DNA of 32,000 nt from Rhodococcus sp. WMMA185 (GTDB lineage Bacteria > Actinomycetota > Actinomycetes > Mycobacteriales > Mycobacteriaceae), in assembly GCF_001767395.1 (NCBI RefSeq), contig NZ_CP017014.1, positions 3,581,012 through 3,613,011 on the forward strand, written 5' to 3'. Below the pieces are notes generated by a model that was given only the letters and a program-made list of their open reading frames with translations, searched no databases and was not told where the DNA came from. Made by a program: the position numbers and the translations under genes. Below, piece by piece: positions 9,636 to 19,500 of the stretch (position 1 is its first letter; each line of letters begins with the position of its first letter).

Positions 9636-10079
9636 TCAGACCCGTAGTCCAGTGAAGGGCTCGAAGGGGATGTTCCTCACCACGAACCAGGCCACGGTCA
9701 CTGTCAGGGCGACGGCCGGTGCCCAAGGTAGGTGCTGCCAGCCGCGAATCTTGCGCCCGCGCAGCCGTCCCCGAGTCCACGTGAGATACGCGGCGCCGAG
9801 AAGAACGAGCGCTGCCACGCCGACAGCGTTGTAACGCAGCGCATTCGCGATGTCGAGGTGAAGGAGCGAGTAGAGCATGCGGGTGCTGCCGCAGCCTGGG
9901 CAGTTGATCCCCAGAAGCGCTTTGGTCGGGCACACGGGAATGACACCACCAGGCGTCGTCGGGTCGGCCCAAGCGACGAACCCGCACACCGTGAAAATGG
10001 TGGCGGCAACGGCCACGGGCGCGCCGAGACGACGCACTCCCTGCCGGGCCGTTGCCGGGTCCACCTGGGAGTCTTGCAT
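9636..10079 (-). CDS. DUF2752 family membrane protein
   Basis: From the internal ATG 10079: MQDSQVDPATARQ...CPTKALLGINCPGCGSTRMLYSLL. This carries the DUF2752 CP..(x)..CPGCG.TR signature plus 3-4 TM helices. The ATG shares one base with the TGA of the upstream CD225 gene (TGATG). Confidence 0.8.
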   Translation of the reverse strand: MQDSQVDPATARQGVRRLGAPVAVAATIFTVCGFVAWADPTTPGGVIPVCPTKALLGINCPGCGSTRMLYSLLHLDIANALRYNAVGVAALVLLGAAYLTWTRGRLRGRKIRGWQHLPWAPAVALTVTVAWFVVRNIPFEPFTGLRV

Positions 10080-10435
10080 CACATGCCGGCGGTCGCGGAG
10101 AACGCGCTCATCATAAGGATGACGTAGAGCACCGCAAACACGAGACCGGCGGGTATACACCACAGAGCGAACTTCTTGGCGTCCTCGGCGGCCTTGCGGG
10201 CGGCATCGAACTGGCCTTGCGACCACAGCGAGTTCACCCGCGTTGCCTTGACGATCGAGACGATGCCGAGTGGCAGACAGCAGAGGACCGTCGCCAGGAT
10301 CGCCCAGACCAGGTTGTTGTCCGGCGGGGTCATGTACCCCTGCGGGGGCGGAGCCGGGTAACCGTAGTTCGGATGCGGGGGGACGCCCTGCTGTCCGTAG
10401 TTCGGGTCCTGGCTAGGGTACGGATTCTCGGTCAC
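10079..10435 (-). CDS. CD225/dispanin (interferon-induced transmembrane protein-like) family protein with Pro/Tyr-rich N-terminus
   Basis: NNLVWAILATVLCCLPLGIVSIVKATRVNSLWSQGQFDAARKAAEDAKKF is the CD225 core (W.I..T..CC.P.GI..IV.A..V). GTG 10435 is taken as start (MTENPYPSQDPNYGQQG...) because the 29 codons upstream have low GC3. Confidence 0.8.
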   Translation of the reverse strand: MTENPYPSQDPNYGQQGVPPHPNYGYPAPPPQGYMTPPDNNLVWAILATVLCCLPLGIVSIVKATRVNSLWSQGQFDAARKAAEDAKKFALWCIPAGLVFAVLYVILMMSAFSATAGM

Positions 10436-10573
10436 TCGTTGGCCTCGCTTGGTTTGAACGCTGGGATGTGGTCGAAACGAACAGACTGGGCAGTCTAACT
10501 TTGCTTGCACAACTGCTCCCACTCCCTCTAGGAGTGCGGCGAAGGCGGACGCTCAGCAGGACGCTTCCTCGGT

Positions 10574-13500
10574 TCACAGACCCCGATCGATCAGGTCGAG
10601 GATTTCCTCGCTGGTTGCCGAGTGAATCTTGTCTACCGCGTCGGCATGTGCATCGCCCGCGCCGACTTCCGCCAGCAAGAGTCTCAGCCGCTGCGCGATC
10701 GCCGACCGCGCCTCGCCGTCTTCGCCGAGTTGCGCGATGGCCGCGCGCAGCCGATCGAGGTCGGCAAGAGCCACCGAAGCCGGGTCCGGGGCGAGCTCCG
10801 CACGTAGGAACTCCGCGATGGCACGCGAATTCGGATGATCGAACACCACGGTCGGCGGCAACCGTAGCCCGGTAGCGGCACCGAGATAGTTGCGCAGAGC
10901 AACGGCGGCGAGCGAGTCGAAGCCGAGTTCCTTGAACGCCTGATCCGGGTCGACCTTGTCTGCGGCGGCATAACCGAGGACTTCGGCGGCGCCGGTCCGC
11001 ACCAGATCGAGCATCAGGTGCCGCTGCTCTGGAATCGACCGATTGGCAAGGCGCTGCTCCCAATCCGACGGTCCGGACCCCACCGATCCGGGTTCTGCTG
11101 CGCCCGATCCCGACGACCGCGGGCGCGATTCCCGGATCAGGCCACGCAGCGGAGCAGGGACGTAGGGTGCCGCCGTACCGGAGTGGTCGAACCGGGCGGC
11201 CGCCACGGCTGCGACACCTGCTGTCAACGCGGTATCGAGGAGTGTCAGACCGTCGACTGCTGACAGTGGGACCATTCCACTGCGGCGCGCGCGAGCGAGA
11301 TCGATCGCACCGAGGTTGTCGGTCATAGCGCTCGGCGGCGCCCACATCCCCCACGCAATCGAGAGCGCCGGCAGGCCAAGGGCGTGGCGGTGACGGGCGA
11401 GGGCGTCAAGGAACATGTTCGCGGCCGCGTAGTTCGCCTGGCCGGGCGCTCCGAGGACCCCAGCCAGCGACGAGAACATGACGAACGCCTGCAAGTCACA
11501 CTTCTCCGTCAACCGGTGCAGGTGCCAGGCGGCATCGACCTTCGGTCGGAGCACTGCGTCGAGACGGTCGGTGGTGAGCGAAGGCAGGGTGGCGTCATCT
11601 ATCACCCCTGCCGTGTGGATCACCGCCGTCAGTGGGTGCTCGGAAGGTATCTCGGCCAGCAATCCGGAAACTGCCGTCTCGTCGGACGTATCGCAGGCAA
11701 CGATGCTCACCTCGGCGCCCGTGGCGACCAGTTCGCGGCGCAACTCGTCGCAGCCCTCGGCATCGGGTCCGCGCCGGCTGGTCAGCAACAAATGCCGTGC
11801 CCCGTGCTCGGTGACCAAATGACGAGCCACCAACGAACCCAAAGCGCCGGTGCCACCGGTGACCAGAACGGTCCCGCGGGGATCGAATGGCGAAACGGCG
11901 GAATCGTGCACGGGACGCAATCGCCGCAACCGCGGCGCAAGCAAGGTGCCATTCCGCATTGCCGATTGCGGTTCCCCACTTGCCAGAGCCGACGTGATTG
12001 CGGCCGACGCGGTCGCAACTTCCGCGTCCGCCCCTTCGTCGAGGTCGATCAGCACGAATCGATCCGGGTTCTCGTTTTGCGCTGAGCCGACGAGACCCCA
12101 CACTGCAGCAGCGGCGAGGTCGGTTCGATCATCGCGCCGCGAATCGTCATCGGTGGCAATCGCATTCCGGGTCACGATCACCAGGGGGCTGTTTGCGACA
12201 TCGTCTTCCAGCCACTTCTGCAGCAGGTTCAGCACCCGGGCGCACAGTTGGTGGGTCGCCTCGGGACCTTGCTCGCCCTCGGTGCCGCACCCGACCAACA
12301 CAGCCCTAGGCCGCCGGTCATCCTCGTCCGCCATGGATTCCATCGCGGTTCGCAGAGCTTCCACGTCCGGATACCTCGGGAGGTCCGTACCAAATCCCTT
12401 GTCACCAAATCCCTTGTCACCAAATCCCTTGTCACCAAATACGTTGTCGGCGAACCCATCGGCACCGAGCACAACCATCGGACCGATGGTCTGCTCAGAT
12501 GAATCGACCTCGACGCGAACCCACGACAGCCGGTGCAATCGACGAGCGGCGGAACCGCCGGCGCCTTCCCCGTCAGTCACCCTCTGCACGACCCGCAGCG
12601 CGTCGACCGTCAGCACCGGCCTACCCTCCGGGTCGATGGCGGCCAGCCGATAGCGTCCGTCCTCGCCCGCTTCGAACTGCACCGATACCGCCTCTGCGCC
12701 AACGGTGTGCAGACGGACTCCCGCCCAGTCCATCGGCCAGCCATCCCAACCGAGGATCGGCTCGAGTACGTCCTGCAGTAGCGCCGGATGGATGCCGAAC
12801 CCGCTTGTGTCGATGCCTTCTTCGAGGCCCACCTCGATCTCGGTACCTTCTTCGAGGCCTACTTCGGCACCCTCATCAACTTTCGGTACCTCCTTGGCAA
12901 CGCTGACGACGTCGTCGATCGTCGCCGAAGCGTTTCGGACCCAAGCGTCCTCGCTGTCGTCCTCGCCCGGATTCGACGAAATCGTGACGGTGCGATCGCC
13001 GCTACCACCGTCCGGGGACACCAACACGCGAATCGATGCCGACCCCGACGACGACAGGGTCACTGGATGATGAAGAGTGAGTTCCCGGATATGGTCGAAA
13101 CCGACGTGGTGGGCCGCGTGCAATGTGAGTTCGACCAGTACGGACGGCGACACGATCTGCGGGCCATCGGCCGAGGACGAGTCGGCATCATCACGCGGCC
13201 CGGCCGCGGTGTCATCACGCGGCCCAGCCGCGGTGTCATCACGCGGCCCAGCCGCGGTGTCATCGACCGGCGCTGCCACGAGCCACGAATCTCGCCGAAG
13301 CGACAACTGACCGGTGAACAACGTCGAGTCGTCGTCGAGCGTCATGGTCGCCCCGAGCAGCGGATGATTCGCTGCGCTCAACCCCAGCTCCGTCGGATCA
13401 CCGGCATTTCGCATGGGCTCCGACGGCCAGAAGGAACGACGCTGGAATGCGTAGGTGGGCAAGTTCACCCGGCGGCGGCCAGGCAACACCCGATCCCAGT

Positions 13501-16500
13501 CGACCGCTACTCCGCGCACATAGGCGGCAGCAACCGCCTCCATGATCGCGTGTGCCTCGGTTCGACGTTTCGGCAGTGTCGCGATCGTATCCGGGACGAG
13601 TTCGGCAGCGTATGCGGCGAGGGTTGCGCCGGGACCGACTTCGATGAAGCGGGTGACGCCGAGCTCTTCGAGGGCGTGCACGCCGTCATGGAAGCGCACG
13701 GGCTGCCGGATGTGCCTCGTCCAGTATTCCGGAGACGTGAGTTCGTCGGCGGTGGCCAAACGTCCGGTCTCATTGGAAACGACAGGAATCTTCGGCTGCT
13801 GCGCCGACAACCCCGACACAACGGCGGTGAACTCGTCGAGGATGGGTTCCATCAGGGCGGAATGAAAGGCCCGCTCGACCCGCAGGGTCGTGTTCTTGAT
13901 GTCCGCTGCCTTCAACTCGGTTGCGACAGCTTGCACCTCGTCCTCTCCGCCGGAGAGGACCACCGATTCGGTGCCGTTGACCGCTGCCAGATCGACCCGG
14001 CCGTCGATCTGCGCCATGATGTCTTCTGCTCGCGCCCGTACGGCGATCATCAGGCCAGGTTCGGTCGATTGCATCAATCGTCCACGGTTGCCCACCAGCG
14101 CGGCGGCATCGGGCAGGCTGAACACCCCCGCGACATGTGCAGCGGTGATCTCCCCGATCGAATGACCGATCAGGTAGTCGGGGGTAATGCCCCAATCCCG
14201 CAGCAGCCGATAGAGCGCGACCTCGACGGCGAACAGTGCCGGTTGGGTGTAGTCGGTGCTGTCGAGCTTCGCGTCTCCGCCGTCAGCCTCGTCCCAGATC
14301 ACTTTTTGCACCGGGGTTTTCACATGTTCGTCGAGGGCAGCACACACGTCGTCCATCGCGTCGGCGAACACCGGGTAAGAATCGTAGAGGCCGCGGCCCA
14401 TCCCGACCCGCTGTGCTCCTTGGCCGGTGAACATGAATGCCGTCTTCCCACGGGCACTAGTCCCGGTGATGACGTTGCCACCCGGTCGGCCTTCCGCGAT
14501 ACGGGCCAAACCCTCACGGAGTTCGGCCAAGGTTTGTCCGATCACCGCCGCGCGATGCGGGAAGCTGGATCGGGTGGTGGCCAGTGAGTATGCGAGATCG
14601 GCCAGATCCGGTAGGTCTTCCTCATCCTTGTCGAGGAATTCCTCCAAACGAGAGGCTTGCGCACGCAGCGCATCAGCCGACTTCCCGGAGATCACCCAGA
14701 CCAGCGGCGACTCCGGTGGCTGCGGAGCTTGCGGTTCCGGCTCGGCGGGCGGCGCCTCGAGGATCATGTGTGCGTTGGTGCCGCTGATACCGAACGACGA
14801 CACCGCCGCTCGTCGAGGCCGTCCGGTCTCGGGCCACGCGATCGGTTCGGCAAGCAGAGAGACCTCGCCCGCTGTCCAATCAACGTGTCGTGTCGGAGCA
14901 TCGCCGTGCAGGCTCGGCGGCAGCACCCCGTGCCGCATCGCCATCACCATCTTGATCACGCCGGCCACTCCCGCCGCCGCCTGGGAATGCCCGATGTTCG
15001 ACTTGACCGAACCGAGCCATAGCGGCCGACCGGCCCGATCTTGTCCGTAGGTGGCCAATAGTGCCTGCGCCTCGATCGGATCCCCCAGTGTCGTGCCTGT
15101 GCCATGCGCTTCCACTGCGTCGATATCGGTTGGGCCGAGCGAGGCGTTGGCCAGCGCCTGGCGGATCACCCGTTCCTGGGACGGCCCGTTCGGGGCAGTC
15201 AATCCGTTGGAGGCCCCGTCCTGGTTGACCGCCGAACCGCGAATGGTCGCCAGCACCCGATGGCCGTTGCGTCGTGCGTCGCTGAGCCGTTCGAGCACCA
15301 CCATTCCGGAGCCTTCACTCAATCCGGTGCCGTCCGCCCGGTCGGAGAACGGCTTGCACCGTCCATCCGGGGCGAGCCCGCGCTGGCGGCTGAACTCGAC
15401 CAGCACACCGGGCGTGGACATCACCGTCGCTCCCCCGGCCAGCGCGAGGGGACATTCACCGTCGCGCAGGGCCTGTGCCGCAAGGTGCATAGCCACCAGT
15501 GACGACGAGCAGGCCGTGTCGACGGTAACTGCGGGGCCGGTGAAGCCGAGAGAGTAGGAGATCCGGCCGGATGCCACGCTGTCGCTGGTCCCGGTCATCA
15601 GATAGCCCTCGGCATCGACATTTCGCTGCGCCATCAAATGGAAGCCGTAGTCGCCACCCATCAGCCCGATGTACACCCCGGTGCCGGTCAGATCGGGCGA
15701 GTCGGGCTGGATACCCGCCTGCTCCAAGGCTTCCCAGGCACTCTCGAGAAGAAGTCGGTGCTGCGGGTCCATCGCGATCGCTTCACGAGGGCCGACCCCG
15801 AAGAACGCGGCATCGAATTCATCGGCGTCGTAGAGGAATCCCCCCTCTTTCATATACGTGGTGCCACTGCGGTCGGGGTCGGGGTCGTAGACCTCGTCGA
15901 GATCCCAGCCTCGGTTGTCGGGATACGCACCCGCGGCGTTGTGGCCATCGCGTACGAGTCGCCACAGGTCGTCTGCGGAGTACACCTTGCCCGGGTACCT
16001 GCAGGCCATGCCGACGATCACGATCGGGTCGTCGTCCTCGCTGGTACGTGCTGCGCGTGTCGGTTGCGCAGTTGAACTGCTGCCGAGTAGGCGGGCGAGG
16101 AGTTCGCGCGTGAGAGCGTCCGCGGTGGGATGGTCGAAGACCACCGTTGCCGCCAGGCTCACGCCGGTGGCGTTGGCGAGGTTGTTGCGCAGTTGAACGG
16201 CGGTCAGGGAGTCGAAGCCGAGTTGCTTGAAGGCGCGTTCCGGGTCGATCACCTCTTTGCCGTCGTAGCCGAGCACCGCGGCCACGTGCGTGGTGACGAT
16301 GTCGAGTACTCGGCTGTGGCGCTCCCCGGGATCGAGTGCACGCAACTCGTCGGCAAGACCGGTAGGCGACTCGGTGGCTGCGGCGCGCCGTCGACGGATA
16401 CCGAGAACCCGCCGCAGGATCGGCGGCACCGATTCACCCTCGGTTCTCGAGGCGCGCATCGACAGTCGTATCGGGACGACCAACGGTCGGTTCAAGACCA

Positions 16501-19500
16501 ACGCGGCATCGAACAGGTCGGGCCCCGACTCCGGGCTGATGGTATCGATACCGTTGCGCTGCAAGCGGTCGAGATCGGTCGCGCTCAGATGGGACGTCAT
16601 CCCACTCGGACGGTCCCACAAGCCCCACGCCATCGAGATCGCGGGCAATCCGCGGACGCGGCGGTGCTGAGCAAGTGCGTCGAGAAAGACATTCGCGGCG
16701 GCATAGTTTGCCTGACCGGCGCCGCCGAGCACACCAGCCGCAGAGGAGAACAGCACGAAGGCCGACAACTCGCGATCACGGGTTAGTTCGTGCAGATGCC
16801 AGGAGCCGTCCACCTTAGGGCGAAGAACCGCGTGCAACTGCTCCTCACTCAACGTGGCGGCAGTACCATCTTCGAGCACCCCGGCGGCATGGACCACTCC
16901 GGACAGGTCGGGAATGTCTGCAAGCAGGGCAGCGATCGCCGCGCGGTCGGCCACGTCGCAGGCGGCGGCGCTGACCTCCGCCCCAGTGCCGGCGAACTCG
17001 GCCTGAAGTTCGGCCACACTCTCGGCGTCGAGCGCCCGCCGGCCGGTCAACACCACTCGGCGCACCCCGTACCGGTCCACGAGGTGACGCGCGATCAGCC
17101 TCCCGATGGTTCCCGTACCTCCGGTGATCAAGATCGTTCCGGTCGGACCGAAGGGGGGCGGGCTTTCTTCGGATTCAGCCTTGAACGCAGCCGTAGCGAG
17201 TACGGGCGCAAGCAGCGAACCGTCCCGGATCGCCACCTGAGGTTCCTTGCAAGCCAATGCCATTGACAGCAACGCCGGATCTGGCGTTTCTCCGGCCGGC
17301 ACATCGAGGTCCACCAGCGTGATGCGATCAGGATTCTCGTTCTGCACCGCGCTGATCAGGCCCCACGCAGGTGCGGCGGCCACGTCGTCGATCGGTTCGT
17401 CGTCGCGGACCGGGACAGCGAGCCTGGTGGTGACCAACAGGTGGGTCTCGTCCAGGCCGTCTTCGCGGAGCCAGTACTGAATCGCGCGCAAAGCCTCCTG
17501 CGCGGCAGCGTGTGCTCGACTCGGCATGGGCGACTCGTCGCCTGGATGAAGATCCAACCACAGCACGCGATCGGTGTGATCGCCTCCGGCGAGTGCGTCC
17601 TGGAGTGGCATCAAGTCCGCAGCGGCAGTGGTGGCCGCTGTGGTGGGTATCCACTCCACACGGTAGAGGCTGCTGCCTACCCCAGCCGTGGAGACACTCG
17701 TATCCCCGAGAGGCCGCAGCGCCAGCGAGTCCGCTGTCAACACCCGTTTCCCGACCGCGTCGTATGCGGATACCCGGTATCGCTCCGCCCCGGTCATGGT
17801 GATGTGCACACGCAGCGATCTTGCACCCTCAGCGTGCAGTTGTACGTTGTCCCACACAAACGGCAGCCGAACGTCGCGTGCACCAGTTTCCGCGGCCCCG
17901 AACGCAATCACGTGCAACGCCGCGTCCAGCACTGCCGGATGGATCCCGTATCCCGCGACTTCGGGGTCGTCTCCGCCTAGCCGGACCTCGCCATACAGCT
18001 CGTCGCCGCGACGCCACGCTGCCCGCAGCCCTCGGAAGGTCGGGCCGTATCCGTAGCCGACCTCGTCGAGCAGCCCGTAGAGACCGCTGACGTCGATCGG
18101 AGTGGCATCGGCCGGCGGCCACTGCTGCTCGGTAGTGTCATCGACGTCCACCGACGCCGAAAGCGTGCCGCTGGCGTGCCGCGTCCACGGAGCTTCCGGC
18201 GGGGCATCTGCAGACCTCGAGTGCACCGCCACCGTGGCTCGGCCGGCTTCACCGTCGGCGAGCACGCTGACCTGTAGGGCAACTTCACCCTCGACCGGAA
18301 TCGTCAAGGGCACTTCGATGGCGAGTTCCTCGATCCGAGCGCACCCGATGCGGTTCCCCGCGTGCAAGGCGAGCTCGACGAAAGCGGTGCCGGGCAGTAT
18401 CACGGTTCCGTTCACGGCGTGATCGCTGAGCCACGGAAAACGTTCCGGTGAAAGCAGGCCCGTGAACACCGCACCACGGCCGTCACCGAGTTCTACGGAT
18501 GCGGCGAGCATCGGGTGTCCGCCCGCTTCCATGCCGGCCGACGCGAAATCACCCTGCGGCGCAGGACTGTCCAACCAGAAACGGCGGTGCGTGAAGCCGT
18601 ATGTAGGCAGTTCAACCCACGGGTGCCGACCGTCGCGCCGAGCCCAGCCCACGCGGTCCCACTCGATGTCCAATCCGTGTACCCACGCCTCGGCGAGTGC
18701 CGCGGTGAACTGACGCAGCCCTGCACGGTCGCGGCGGATAGTGCCGATTATTCGGCCGGCGACACCCGTAGCGTCAAGGGTTTCTTGCATCGGCACGGTC
18801 AGCACAGGGTGGCTGCACGATTCGATGAACAACCTATACCCGTCCGCGACAAGCGACCTCGTCGCTTCTTCGAACCGAACTGGGTGGCGCAGATTCCTGT
18901 ACCAGTAGCCCGCGTCCAGGGCGGTTCCCTCGAGCTCACCACCCGTGACAGCCGAGTAGAACGGAATCCGCGACCGGCTCGGGGTGATCGAGGCGAGAGC
19001 GTCGAGAATCGGTTGGCGCAGGACCGAGACATCCGCGCAGTGCGAGGCGTATTCCACAGCGATCCGCCTGGCCTGCACGCCCTCGGCCTCCAACTGCCCC
19101 ACCAAGGCATCGAGGGCATCGTCTGCACCGGACACCACCGTCGCGGACGGCCCGTTGATCGCCGCTACCTCGATGGCACCGGACCAGGGTTGAATCCTCT
19201 GCCGTACAGCGTCCGGGGGCAGCGGCACTGAGGCCATACCTCCGCCTCGCCGGGCCGACGTCACAATCACCCTGCTTCGTGCCGCGACGACAAGAGCTGC
19301 GTCGGAAAGGCTCAGAGCGCCGCTGATGTAGGCGGCGGCAATCTCGCCTTGCGAGTGCCCGACCACAGCAGCCGGTTCGACGCCGTGGGAGCGCCACAGC
19401 TCGGCGAGACCGACCATCACTGCGAACAGCGCGGGTTGCACCACATCGGCCCGGTCCAGCGCGGCCGGATCCGGATCACGCAGGACATCGAGTAATGAGA

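Noticed and set aside
9322-9987. A 221-aa minus-strand ORF spanning the nucleoside hydrolase 3' end, the intergenic gap and the DUF2752 gene.
   Set aside because: It is out of frame with DUF2752, which carries the CPGCG motif. It overlaps two better-supported genes, and its product is Arg-rich.
7347-10573. A genomic island or prophage integrated at tRNA-Pro.
   Set aside because: I found no integrase, excisionase, transposase or direct repeat of the tRNA 3' end in the window, and no obvious base-composition change by eye. Only the synteny break is reported.
12391-13261. Short tandem repeats that could be mistaken for a CRISPR or other non-coding array.
   Set aside because: The units are directly adjacent with no spacers. 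Their lengths (15, 24 and 30 nt) are multiples of three, and they are in frame within the PKS. No cas genes are present.
12788-14587. A 599-aa + strand ORF, and many other long ORFs on both strands inside 10574-21457 (for example 15051-15557, 16130-16786, 19977-20762 and 10413-11354).
   Set aside because: They lie antisense to, or out of frame with, the PKS reading frame, which shows continuous KS/AT/DH/KR/ACP homology. Their products are Arg/Pro/Ser-rich and low in complexity, as expected for spurious ORFs in high-GC DNA.
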